The position numbers were made by a program, and so were the translations under genes. This document shows positions 32,701-41,809 of a stretch of 64,000 bases of DNA, one piece after another (the first letter of the stretch is position 1; every line of letters begins with the position of its first letter). Source of the DNA: an uncultured Gemmatimonadales bacterium. GTDB lineage: Bacteria > Gemmatimonadota > Gemmatimonadetes > Longimicrobiales > Longimicrobiaceae. The stretch is taken from contig OY970303.1 in the NCBI GenBank assembly GCA_963716255.1, positions 7,456,001 to 7,520,000 of the forward strand. The letters run 5' to 3'. The notes under the pieces were generated by a model, which saw nothing but the letters and a program-made list of their open reading frames with translations, was not told the origin of the DNA and made no database searches.

Positions 32701-34696
32701 CGTCCCGGACGGGGAGCGCCGCTCCGTGCTCTTTTCCACCTCCGTGAGCTTCGACGTGTCGGTGGCCGAGATCTGGGGGACGCTGTGCTGGGGCGGCCGC
32801 CTGGTGATGGTGGAGAACGCGCTGGAGCTGGCCACGGTCCGGGAGCCCGTCGTCCTCGCCTCCATGGTCCCCACGGCCGCCGCCGAGCTGCTGCGCTCGG
32901 GCGGCATCCCCGCGAGCGTGCGGGCGCTCCACCTGGCCGGCGAGCCGCTGTCCGCCGAGCTGGCGAGGGCGCTCCACGCCACGGGGACGCTGGAGGGGGT
33001 CAGGAACCTGTACGGGCCCACCGAGGACACCACGTACTCCACCTGCTCCACGGTCGGGCGGGGCGGGGAGGTCCGCATCGGCCGGCCGGCGGCGGGCACG
33101 CGGACCCACGTGCTGGACGCCGAGCTGCGGCCCGCCCCGGTGGGCGTCCCCGGGGAGCTGTACCTGGCGGGCGAGGGGACGGCGCGGGGGTACGCGCGCC
33201 GGCCGGAGCTGACCGCCGAGCGCTTCCTCCCCGATCCCGCCGGCCCGGCGGGCGGGCGGATGTACCGCACCGGGGACCGGGTGCGCTGGCGGGCCGGGGG
33301 CGAGCTGGAGTCCCTGGGGCGGACGGACCAGCAGGTCAAGGTGCGCGGCTTCCGCGTCGAGCTGGGCGAGGTCGAGGCCGCGCTGGAGCGCCACCCCGGC
33401 GTCGCCCGGGCGGCGGCCGTGGTCCGCGGCGACGCCCCGGGCGGCCCCCGGATCGTCGCCTACGTCGTCCCCGCCGCGGAGCCCGTGGCCGACGAGGCGC
33501 TGCGCGGCCACCTGCGGTCGCTCCTCCCGGAGTACATGCTGCCGGGCGCCTTCGTCGCGCTCGCCGCCCTGCCGCTCACCGGGAGCGGCAAGACGGACCG
33601 ACGGGCCCTCCCCGCCCCGGAGCGTGCGGAGGACGCCGGCGCGGGCGGGTACCTCGCCCCCCGCGACACCCTGGAGCTGGCGCTCACGCGCATCTGGGAG
33701 GACGTGCTCGGCCTGGAGCGGGTGGGCGTGCGCGACGGCTTCTTCGCCCTCGGCGGGCACTCGCTCCTGGCCGTGCGCCTCATGGCGCGCGTGGAGCAGG
33801 CCACGGGCGCCCGCCTCCCCCTGGCCGTGCTCTTCACCGCCCCCACCGTGGAGCGGCTCGCCGCCGAGCTGCGCCGCGGCGGCGCCCGCGACGACGGCTC
33901 GCCGCTCGTCCCCATCCGCCCGGGGGGGAGCCGCGCGCCGCTCTTCCTGGTGCACCCCGTGGGCGGCGACGTGCTCGCCTACGCCGCGCTGGCCCGGCGC
34001 CTGGACCCGGAGCAGCCGGTGTACGGCCTGCGCTCGCGCGGCCTTGCCGCCGGCGTGGAGCCCGCGCGCACGGTGGAGGAGATGGCGTCGGACTACCTCC
34101 GCGCCATGCGGGAGGTGCAGCCGGCCGGGCCGTACCGGCTGGGCGGCTGGTCCATGGGCGGGGTGGTCGCCTTCGAGATGGCGCGCCGGCTGGAGGCCGC
34201 CGGCGAGCGGGTGGAGCGGCTGGTGCTGGTGGACGCGCAGGTGCCCGCGCTGCACGGCCGCGTCCTGCCGGACGACGAGCGCGAGCTGGTGCGCATCTTC
34301 GCGCAGGACATGGGGCTCCCGCCGGAGCGGCTGGACCTGCCCGAGGGCGGCGGGGAAGCGGACGCGCGGGGATACCTGGGGCGGGTTCTGGAGGGGGCGC
34401 GGGCGGCGGGGGTGGTGCCGCCCGACGTCGACACGGCCCGCATCGAGCAGCTGTACGCGGTGTTCAGCGCCAACCTGGCGGCGCTGTACGGATATCGGCC
34501 GGCGGCGTGGGCGGGCGCGGCCACGCTGCTGCGCGCCGCCGAGCACGACCCGTCGGTGAGCGAGAGCGCCGGGTGGGAGCGGCTGCTGGAGGGCGGGGTG
34601 GAGGTGCGCTCGGTGCCGGGGAGCCACTTCACCCTGGTCCGCGAGCCGCACGCGGATGCGCTGGCCCGCGAGGTGGAGCGGGCGCTGGACGGATAG
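20747..34696 (+). CDS. Four-module terminal NRPS: (C-A-T)x4-TE
   Basis: C motifs HHVARDR (atypical), HHVVADG, HHVVGDG, HHVVADA; four A domains; four GGHSLL T domains; TE with GWSMG and GSHF. Confidence 0.95.
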   Translation: MTKPTLSIDDLTPEQLQRLQERMAQLRGQAPAAAGIPRRAGSGPAPLSFAQRQIWLQHQLDPGGTLFNVPTVLRLRGELDPRALRRALDELVRRHELLRTTFELLEEGPVQVVALARGAPLAEADLSGEEDPEAAALERAGAESARPFDMAEDPPFRAALLRVGPRDHVLALVMHHVARDRWTSGVLMGEIAALYRAFREGAPSPLPEPRIQFADYAVWERERLRGETLDRLLAFWSAHLDGAPSPQSPPADHPRGSRPMELVRLPLPVPADTAGALRRLAREESGTAYMVLLAVYLVLLRGYTGEDDLVLGTYVGGRTRPETERLVGSLANTLVLRFRVEDGAGFRGLLRQVRAVVLDAQRHQELPFERLVEELQPVREPGRTPLIRSAFNVSRAAPANLELPGVEVEVLPFAAGGAGVDVHWALEEWDEGIVGHLEYDAGLYLAATAERLAAAYLRLLDAAVAAPDTPLDALPLLAPAERDRLLHAWNDTRRAHPAGACVHGLFAASAARTPHAVAVEHRSGTLTYAELDARAGRLASALRARGVGPDVRVGLCLERGPELMAALLAVLKAGGAYVPLDPAYPAERLSYMLRDSGAHVLLTQQALAGRVGEFGGETVVVDTPHLPAPYSARGEGENDNDTSGAEEREALPQNWGRVASLSEPGGGTPADASTASAEQVAVLPSPLVGEGPGVRGEPVVHPDNLAYVIYTSGSTGTPKGVALPHRALVNLLRWQDAEWRHPEAAATLQFTTVGFDVSFQEIFSCWLSGGRLVLVDEDERRDLGAVLDRLDRARVERLFLPYVALQHLAELGEERGVYPAALREVQTAGEQLRVTEPIRRWLAETGAALSNQYGPSETHVATALALEGDPAGWPLLPAIGRPIANARCYVLDPRGEPAPVGAPGELLLAGACLARGYLGRPELTAEKFVPDPFAGEPGARAYRTGDRARWLADGTLEFLGRGDAQVKVRGHRVEPGEVEAALEAHPAVRQAVAAVRADAAGQGRLVAWVVAEDGAAPRPAELREHVGGRLPEYMVPSAVAVLAAFPLTPSGKVDRRSLPEPDAAAGEAEDYAAPETPTEEVLAGIFRTVLGAERIGARDDFFALGGHSLLATRVMSRVRDALGLDLPLREIFDASTVRALAARVDALLGAGAAAEESPLQRAPRDGRLRAEGAVQAPALVPVLRDRPLPASFAQQRLWFIDRMEPGSAAYNLPAALRLRGRLDARALRRALAGVVRRHESLRTVFAEAGGEPVQVVRPAAPVALPAVDLLRLSPEARAREAARLAAAEALRPFDLAAGPLLRASLLRLDAETWALLFSMHHVVADGWSVGVLVREVSALYTAFSRGASSPLPPLPVQYADYAAWQRGWLTGAALDAQVAWWRERLAGAPPLLELPTDRPRPATQDGAGASVPFALGAGAAGALRALAREEGATMFMALLAGWQLLLSRWSGQDDVSVGTPIAGRNRVETEGLIGFFVNTLVMRADLSGAPSFRALLGRAREGTLGAYHHQEVPFEKLVEELAPARSLRHAPLFQVMFAMTANALGELRMGDLETEPLGVGDPPAKFDLNLELGDGEGGVGGALSYRAELWERATVERMAGHLAALLEGVAADPDRPAAEVPFLGAAERSRVLEEWNATQRPYPAGPCVHDLFAAQARRTPAAVAISHRGETVTYAELDRRSARLANALRRRGVGPETRVGICLERTPELAVAMLGVLRAGGAYVPLDPAYPPARTAGMLEDAGVRLVVAASALAGRVPAGAAGLFLVDEEREALLAEPDTAPESGATAENLSHVIFTSGSTGRPKGVMVRHSSVVVLLHWLRETVADEERAGALWSTSASFDVSVAEVFGTLCWGGRLVLVENALELATVREPVVAAGMVPSAAAELLRSGGIPAGLRTLNLAGEALPEALARGLHALGTVAVLRNLYGPTEDTTYSTWALVGRGAERVSIGRPVANTRAYVLDDRHQPVPVGVAGELYLAGDGLARGYVGRPELTAERFVPDPFGEPGSRMYRVMDRVRWLAGGELEYLGRADQQVKVRGFRVEPGEVEATLGRHPSVLEAVVVAREDAPGDRRLVAYVVPAAGAAAVPAELRAFAGEHLPAYMVPAAVVVLEGLPLSSNGKIDRAALPAPEWTAAADAFVAPRTPTETTLAGIWARVLGVERVGADDDFFALGGHSLLATRVVSQIRDVMGVEVPLRTAFEAPTVAALAARVDSLRGAGAAARESTLVRFARERRLRTEAGAAQAAPPAVVPAPAPSPAPVPAPAAGSPPPLVPVPRDGSPLPVSFAQQRLWLLQQLDPRSAAYNMAFALRVRGRLDPGVLEAAVSEIVRRHETLRTVFPESDGRPVQVIRAPAPFAVPRTDLRALPEAARAHEARRLAGEEALRPFDLAAGPLLRVRVVRLDGEEWALLFTLHHVVGDGWSLGVIVRELSELYGALAEGRAPVLPPLPVQYADYAVWQRGWLVGATLEAQLAFWREQLRGAPQLLEIPTDRPRLHAGGDRGETRAFSLAGATPAALRALARREGATLFMSLLAAWQLLLGRWAGQDDVCVGTPVAGRARVQTEPLIGFFVNTLVMRADLSCTERLTFAGLLRQVRETALGAYAHQDLPFERLVEELAPERGAGRSPLFQVVFSLLTVEMGAPRMGGARMEPLPRDAEPARFDLSLTVAADEGKLAGTLLFRTDLFDGATVERMLGHYATLLAALAADPDAPVGRADMLSAAERAQLLHAWNDTAADLPRGLVHERIAQQAARTPHAPAVLFRERTLTYAELERDAGRLARRLRDAGVRVDDRVGILLERGEALVVAVLGILKAGAAYVALDPGHPDERLRFVLADAAASAVVATPELSPRLAGFAGAVVCPGSPLPQAPSPARGEGGPAIAPEPPVDPDNLAYVIYTSGSTGTPKGVLATHRGLANYLAWFNREVLGEDGFALPLVSRLSFDAHVRQLFPPLLRGEPVWVLPEETAADPAALLAALSARGRVSFGGVPALWSAMLERVRTGEAPKPAGLKAVLLGGEALSAELVERTRALFPGAAVWNHYGPTEATVNTTVARVDGAERVGIGRPIANVRVYLLDRRGEPVPVGVAGELYVGGAGVARGYLGRPALTAGSFLPDPFAGEAGARMYRSGDRARWLASGELDYVGRTDDQVKVRGFRIEPGEIEAALERHPAVREAVVAVRGERLVGWVVAEQDAEPSPAELRAWLADRLPEYMVPAAVAVLASLPLSPNGKTDRRALPDPEPAAGGAPFVAPRTAAEEAVAAAFAEVLQATRIGAGDDFFALGGHSLLAARVVSRVRAALGVELPLRAVFEAPTVGGLAERVDALVLAGDGLRAPPLVPVPREPGRPLPLSFAQQRLWLVDRIAPGSSAYNMPYGLRLRGAPDARLLERSLGEVVRRHESLRTVFALVDGEPVQTIRPPGPVRLPAVELRALRPADRERELRRLAAAEAARPFDLARGPLLRPLLAWTGADECALLFTLHHVVADAWSMDVLVREVSAAYAAFAEGRPSPLAPLPVQYTDFAVWQREWLSGEVLEAQLAWWRARLDGAPPVLDLPVDRPRPAAADPRAAAVGFAVPAGVARGVRALARSEGATPFMAHLAASAAMLARWSGQDDVVVGTPVAGRTHAELEGLIGFFVNTLALRTQLGGAPTLRELVGRARESLLGAQAHADLPFERLVEALSPERSLGHTPVFQATVALLDDAGRELRLGPARVEPLATGEPPAKFDLALTFRDEGEAVRGVLAWRAELWEEATAARMAAHVQAFLGAMAADPERRVADVELLSAAEREQLARWSDGGAVPPADACVHDLFAAQAARTPDAVALVSGGESLTYAELERRAGRLAAALRRRGVGPEVRVGVMLERTPELVAALLAVLVAGGAYVPLDPALPPERLGWMLEDAEAGRVLTTSALAGRLPAGSAAAIPLDALRDEIEAEGAGAPASGVLPENLSHVIFTSGSTGRPKGVMIRHRSVAARVRWLRDFVPDGERRSVLFSTSVSFDVSVAEIWGTLCWGGRLVMVENALELATVREPVVLASMVPTAAAELLRSGGIPASVRALHLAGEPLSAELARALHATGTLEGVRNLYGPTEDTTYSTCSTVGRGGEVRIGRPAAGTRTHVLDAELRPAPVGVPGELYLAGEGTARGYARRPELTAERFLPDPAGPAGGRMYRTGDRVRWRAGGELESLGRTDQQVKVRGFRVELGEVEAALERHPGVARAAAVVRGDAPGGPRIVAYVVPAAEPVADEALRGHLRSLLPEYMLPGAFVALAALPLTGSGKTDRRALPAPERAEDAGAGGYLAPRDTLELALTRIWEDVLGLERVGVRDGFFALGGHSLLAVRLMARVEQATGARLPLAVLFTAPTVERLAAELRRGGARDDGSPLVPIRPGGSRAPLFLVHPVGGDVLAYAALARRLDPEQPVYGLRSRGLAAGVEPARTVEEMASDYLRAMREVQPAGPYRLGGWSMGGVVAFEMARRLEAAGERVERLVLVDAQVPALHGRVLPDDERELVRIFAQDMGLPPERLDLPEGGGEADARGYLGRVLEGARAAGVVPPDVDTARIEQLYAVFSANLAALYGYRPAAWAGAATLLRAAEHDPSVSESAGWERLLEGGVEVRSVPGSHFTLVREPHADALAREVERALDG
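22613..22833 (+). repeat. Multi-module palindromic insert in frame in an A domain
   Basis: Encodes TPHLPAPYSARGEGEND...EALPQNWGRVASLSEPGGG...PSPLVGEGPGVRG. The DNA modules match the intergenic copies at 34861-35003 (reverse) and 35681-35776. Confidence 0.85.
29343..29385 (+). repeat. Single palindromic module in frame in an A domain
   Basis: CCCCCCTCCCCCAGGCCCCCTCCCCCGCAAGGGGGGAGGGGGG (PLPQAPSPARGEG) is the reverse complement of the module at about 34963-35003. Confidence 0.8.
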
Positions 34697-34715
34697 GTCG
34701 GGACGGCTGTGAACG

Positions 34716-35003
34716 GCGGGTTCGGGCGTGCCCCCGGCTGCGCCGGGGTCGGGCTTCGGCTCCGTAGGGCTGCAAACAACGCAGCCCAACGGAGTCGAGC
34801 CCCGGCAAACAGCCGCCGGGTCTCGCCCCTTCGGGCCGAAATCCCTCACGCGGGCATCGTGCTGGCGTCCTCGGGGGCCCCCACCCGGCTCGCTCGAGGC
34901 TCCGCACCCTCCCCCGCGAGCGAGGGAGGGCTTCCTGAACCTCAGGTTCATCAGTGTCGTTCTCCCCCTCCCCCCTTGCGGGGGAGGGGGTCGGGGGGAG
35001 GGG
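34716..35003 (+). repeat. Full composite structured repeat element (about 138-bp core plus palindromic modules), copy 1
   Basis: Core 34716-34853 is nearly identical to 44037-44173 and 47674-47812. The whole stretch is a diverged reverse complement of 52519-52819. Confidence 0.9.
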
Positions 35004-35102
35004 AGGCTCCGTTGCGCGGCCCGAGGGCGCGCTTCATGTTCGGCCCTCGGACCGCTTCCTCCTTCTCGCCCCGGGCCTTCGTCACCCGCACGACCCGCAG
35101 CC

Positions 35103-35666
35103 GTGAGCGAGCCCACGCCGACCCTTCCCGCCTGCCCGGAGCGGATCGAGCACCCGCGCTTCGTGCTCCGGTGCCGTGACGAGACCGACGCGGCGCGGGT
35201 CAAGGAGCTGGTCGACCGAAACCTGGAGCACCTGCGCCGCTTCATGCCCTGGGCATGGGACGAGCCGCGGCCGGTGGAGGACAAGGCGGCGTGGCTCCGC
35301 GAGGCCCGCGAGAGGTTCATGCGCGGAGAGGAGTGGCAGTTCGGCATCTACTCGGCGGACGAGAGCCGACTGCTGGGCGCGATCGGCCTGCACCGGGGCG
35401 ACGCGCCCGCGACCATGGAGATCGGGTTCTGGCTGGACCGGGACGCGGAAGGGCAGGGGATCGTCACGGAGGCCACGCGCATCCTCACCGGCCTCGCGCT
35501 CACCCGGCTGGGGGCGGCGCGGGTCGAGATCCGCTGCGACGAGCTCAACGAGCGCAGCGCCGCCGTGCCGCGCCGTCTCGGCTACGTCCTGGAAGACACG
35601 CAGGACGAGGTGTACGGGGGACGCCCCCGGCGGGCGCAGACCTGGGTGCGGACGCGGCCGCTCTGA
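35103..35666 (+). CDS. GNAT family N-acetyltransferase (RimJ/RimL-like)
   Basis: LEHLRRFMPW, LLGAIGL, EIGFWL....GQGIVTEA, NERSAAVPRRLGY. The GTG 35103 start is inferred. Confidence 0.85.
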   Translation: MSEPTPTLPACPERIEHPRFVLRCRDETDAARVKELVDRNLEHLRRFMPWAWDEPRPVEDKAAWLREARERFMRGEEWQFGIYSADESRLLGAIGLHRGDAPATMEIGFWLDRDAEGQGIVTEATRILTGLALTRLGAARVEIRCDELNERSAAVPRRLGYVLEDTQDEVYGGRPRRAQTWVRTRPL

Positions 35667-35680
35667 GCGCCGGAGCGGGC

Positions 35681-35941
35681 CCTCACCCCCCGGCCCCCTC
35701 CCCCAGAATTGGGGGATATAGGGGGAAAGCCGTGCGAGCCTCAAGCGAGCCGGGTGGGGGCCCCCGCGGACGCCAGCGCAATGCCGCGTGAGGGATTTCG
35801 GCCCGAAGGGGCGAGACCCGGCGGCTGTTTGCCGGGGCTCGACTCCGTTGGGCTGCGTTGTTTGCAGCCCTACGGAGCCGAAGCCCGACCCCGGCGCCAG
35901 CCGGGGGCACGCCCAAACCCGCCGTCAAAAGCCGTTTCAAC
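35681..35941 (-). repeat. Structured repeat element, copy 2 (inverted relative to copy 1)
   Basis: 35784-35922 is a near-perfect reverse complement of the copy 1 core and is preceded by the palindromic modules. Confidence 0.9.
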
Positions 35942-36040
35942 TCCATCCGACCCGTCCGGGAGCACGATCGTTGCGGAAGGGGGCGCTTCCATCGCGGACC
36001 AAACCCCCGGACCCGAAGCATGCGTGCAGACGCCCGTCCG

Positions 36041-38677
<2,637 letters not shown>

Positions 38678-38711
38678 GCGGCGCTCGCCGTGCTCGACCC
38701 GGCCGTCGGGA

Positions 38712-39683
38712 TCAGTTGCCGCTGACCACCCAGGCGAGCCACTGCTTCTCGAGCTCCGCTCCGCTGGGGGGTATGGCGGGCGCGACCCGGCTCACCTCCC
38801 TCAGTGCCTCGTCGAGGCTCCGCCCGGCGACGAGGTGCCCGGCGAGAGCCCGCAGCGCCACGGAGCCGCCGCGTTCGAACACGAACTCGCCGATAGACAG
38901 CGACTGCGCGTAGAACTGGCTCGATTTCGTCCCGTCCAGCACTCTCTCGACCTCGGGGCCGCGATGGAACTGCACCGGCGACGCTGCGGGCGCGTGCGCG
39001 GCCCGGACGATCCGCCCGAGACGCTCCGGAGTGAGCGGGTGCTCCATGCGCGCGAGCTCCGCGAGGGGGATCCGCCCGTCCAGCTCTGCGCGGAGCTGCG
39101 CTCGCCGCCTCGCCTTGGACTCCGGGCTCTCGCAAAGGGTCGCCGCCATCTCGTCGATCCAATCCGGCAGCGCGGCATGTCCGTAAGCCCGCGCGGGCAT
39201 GCTCCGGCCGCCCGCCAGGTCGTCCGCCAGGGCCGTGGCGAAGACGTGGCACGCTTCGTGGGAGAGGGCCCTGGACTCGGCGATGAGTGCGGCCGGGCCG
39301 GCCGCGTCCATCGACCGCAGATGCCGCTGCGTCAGGAAGGGCAGGAACCCGGCGCCCGCGCGCCGCAGCCGCGACAGGTCGACATCGTCGAAATCGGCAG
39401 GCTCATCGGCGAGGAAGACGACCAGGGCGAGCGGTTCGGTCCCGAAGTGCCGCCGGAACATCCGCCTTGCATGGCGGATCTCGTCCTCACCGTGCCGGAC
39501 TGCCTCCGCCGAGGGTGCGTACAGGGTGTAGCGGTCCGAGCGCCCGACCTGGTACCCGTCCGGCGTGGGCGGCTGAAAGAGCGGGACGGCCCCGCGCGCC
39601 GCCAGTACGACGAGCAGGGCGGCCGCCACGCCGGCGATTGCGCCGGCCCCCTGAAGGGCCCGCGTCCCGTGGCTCTGTCTCAT
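38712..39683 (-). CDS. Exported putative zinc metallopeptidase (HExxH, gluzincin/MA-like)
   Basis: Hydrophobic N-terminal segment; LSHEACHVF followed about 25 aa later by LPDWIDEMAA; later FYAQSLSIGEFV. Confidence 0.6.
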   Translation of the reverse strand: MRQSHGTRALQGAGAIAGVAAALLVVLAARGAVPLFQPPTPDGYQVGRSDRYTLYAPSAEAVRHGEDEIRHARRMFRRHFGTEPLALVVFLADEPADFDDVDLSRLRRAGAGFLPFLTQRHLRSMDAAGPAALIAESRALSHEACHVFATALADDLAGGRSMPARAYGHAALPDWIDEMAATLCESPESKARRRAQLRAELDGRIPLAELARMEHPLTPERLGRIVRAAHAPAASPVQFHRGPEVERVLDGTKSSQFYAQSLSIGEFVFERGGSVALRALAGHLVAGRSLDEALREVSRVAPAIPPSGAELEKQWLAWVVSGN

Positions 39684-39701
39684 CGGCGTGGAGCGGACCC
39701 G

Positions 39702-40145
39702 CTATCGCAGAGATCCGGGGCTCCGCGGCGCCCCGTCCAGGGTGCCCCGCTGAACGCTGAGCTGAGGCACTTTCGAGGGATGCGGTTTGTTGAAGGCGAT
39801 CGTAGCGGTTTCACCTCCCCGCCTGATGGTGAGCCGGATCTGCGCGCCCACCCCAGCCGCCGCGTACTCCCTCAGGAGCGCATCCACTTGGGTCAGCGGC
39901 TTTCCGTTGAACGCCTGGACCACGTCGCCGCTGCGGAGGTCGATCCCCTCCACCGGGATCATGACCAGTCCGACCACGACGGTTCGATCGACCTCGCCCG
40001 CCAGCATTCCCAGCCAGGTGTTCACGTTGTCCAGCCTGCCGAGCAGGGCCTTGTCAGCCTCGTTGACCGCATGGGTCTGCTGGGCCGAGAGCGGAGCGAC
40101 CGGCAGGAACACGGACAGTCCGACGAGAAACAGCAGCCGCTTCAT
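39702..40145 (-). CDS. Secreted PDZ-domain protein
   Basis: AGGAGG RBS; signal peptide ending LSAQ; PDZ-like LRSGDVVQAFNGKPL...VGAQIRLTIRRGGE. Confidence 0.7.
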   Translation of the reverse strand: MKRLLFLVGLSVFLPVAPLSAQQTHAVNEADKALLGRLDNVNTWLGMLAGEVDRTVVVGLVMIPVEGIDLRSGDVVQAFNGKPLTQVDALLREYAAAGVGAQIRLTIRRGGETATIAFNKPHPSKVPQLSVQRGTLDGAPRSPGSLR

Positions 40146-40204
40146 CGTTGATCGCCTCCTGTTCGCGGTTTGGCGCCGTCCAGCGAGTCGTACCCGAGCG
40201 AACG

Positions 40205-40250
40205 TCCGGCCGGGGCGGCGCGGCGAGATCGCCGCGCCGCCCCGGCCGGA
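40205..40250. promoter_or_regulatory. Perfect 22-bp stem-loop between the peptide gene and the PDZ gene
   Basis: TCCGGCCGGGGCGGCGCGGCGA-GA-TCGCCGCGCCGCCCCGGCCGGA, with no long U-tract. Confidence 0.75.
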
Positions 40251-40272
40251 CCCGCCGGAGCGAAGTTCCGGA

Positions 40273-40455
40273 TCAGAACCCGACGATGTTGCCGTTCTGG
40301 TCGCGGATCACGTAGAACGAGTCGTCCTTGCCGTCGCCGTTGGTGTCGAAGGTGATGGCGCCGGACACAGGATCGATGACCTGGCGAGCCGGAGCCGCGG
40401 CGAACGCGACGAGCGAAAGCGCGAAGGCGAGGCAGAAAGGCTTGGCGAAGCGCAT
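40273..40455 (-). CDS. Small secreted peptide (60 aa) with a DxNGDGxDD motif
   Basis: GGGAGAG RBS before ATG 40455; signal peptide MRFAKPFCLAFALSLVAFAAAPA; mature part contains FDTNGDGKDD and RDQNGNIVGF. Confidence 0.65.
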   Translation of the reverse strand: MRFAKPFCLAFALSLVAFAAAPARQVIDPVSGAITFDTNGDGKDDSFYVIRDQNGNIVGF

Positions 40456-40604
40456 GGTTCTCTCTCCCGCTTGAATGGTGGGTGGTCTGCTGCAGTCTGC
40501 TGCGATAAAGGACCGATCCTTTAGTGTAAATGCATGCACCGACGATTATAGCCGGGAAAGTGCACCGCAACAATGGACTTTTCGGCAAGCGATTGCCGCT
40601 CCGG

Positions 40605-41396
40605 TCAATCCACGCGGCTGGCCTGCGGCTTCGCCCGTGCCGAGCGCACGACCCAGCGGTGCAGCAGCCATTCCCACCCCAGGGTGCCGCGGATTGCACC
40701 GGGAGTGAATCCAAACGTCCGCGCCAGCCGGCGGCTGAGCCCCGACTGGTCGCTGTAGCCGTGCTCCACGGCGATTTGCAGCAACGGGGTACGGGGCTCC
40801 GCCTGGATCCTCAGCGCCGACTGGAGTGCGCGAGCCACCTGGTGCCAGGCGGAAGGCGGGGCGAGCCGGTCCTGCCGGAAGCGGTGGCGAGCCGTGCGCT
40901 CGGACTCGGAAAGGGTGTCCAGGAGATCGCTCAAGCGCGAAAAGCTGCTCCCGCGGTGAAGGATCTCACGCAGGAGGCGAACGACGGCCGGGGAAGGCGT
41001 GGCCCCGTGCAGCGACAGCCAATCGAGCACGTCTTCCCCGATGTCGTGGGGACGGGTCAGGACGGGGCGGAGCGTGTCGAAAAGGGGTTCGCCCGCTCCG
41101 ACGAGGGCGCGGACCCGCAGGCGGGCGGCATGCTGCGCCAGGCGCATCGTGTCGCTGGTCACCTCGGTGACACGCAGGACGATCGGAGCGGTCGGGAATC
41201 GTTCCCGCAGCGTGGAAACCGCTTCCGGGAGGATCCCCCAGTCGTCGCCGCGGCCTCCGACGTCCAGGGCCAGGAGCGTTCCCGGCACGGCCGGTCGGGA
41301 GGCGAGTGCCGCAAGGTCGCGAACAGGCTCTACTTCCCGGTACGGGGGAGTGATCCGGCCGAGCGGGAGGTGACGATCTGTGCCAATCCAGCGCAT
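40605..41396 (-). CDS. AraC-family transcriptional regulator
   Basis: C-terminal double HTH: SERTARHRF... and LLQIAVEHGYSDQSGLSRRLARTFGFTPGAIR. Confidence 0.85.
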   Translation of the reverse strand: MRWIGTDRHLPLGRITPPYREVEPVRDLAALASRPAVPGTLLALDVGGRGDDWGILPEAVSTLRERFPTAPIVLRVTEVTSDTMRLAQHAARLRVRALVGAGEPLFDTLRPVLTRPHDIGEDVLDWLSLHGATPSPAVVRLLREILHRGSSFSRLSDLLDTLSESERTARHRFRQDRLAPPSAWHQVARALQSALRIQAEPRTPLLQIAVEHGYSDQSGLSRRLARTFGFTPGAIRGTLGWEWLLHRWVVRSARAKPQASRVD

Positions 41397-41809
41397 AGGG
41401 GTGATACGTGTGGCGGGGTGTTTGGGCGACTCACGGGCAAGGTCGACGTCCGGCCTGGATCTGCCGGAAGCGGATACCGCCGGGCGGCAGCACGCATTCC
41501 GCCGTTCAATGGGTAAATAGGCGGTCTCCGTTCGTCAATGTTCGACGACCGGGGTGCCCCCGGCCACGGCTCCCGCATGGAGTCAGCGACGGCTCCGCGA
41601 GGTCACTTGTGTGGACAGTGGGGCGATTCTACAATCAAAAGTGGCGCCTGGCACTCGTGGGTGGCACATCGGTCGCGGGACCCCGATTCCACGGCCCGGA
41701 CAAGTGTACGCGAGATGGTACCGTATCTCCGGCGTGGTCCACTGCCGCTCCTGCGTCGCGACGGCGTGGACCGCGCGCAACCGAACCTGCTGAACGGAGG
41801 AGACATTCG

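Noticed and set aside
34728..35102. Long N-terminal extensions of the GNAT ORF (and of the kinase ORF from 35858)
   Set aside because: These are translations of the repeat element, which is often open in several frames. There is no evidence they are used.
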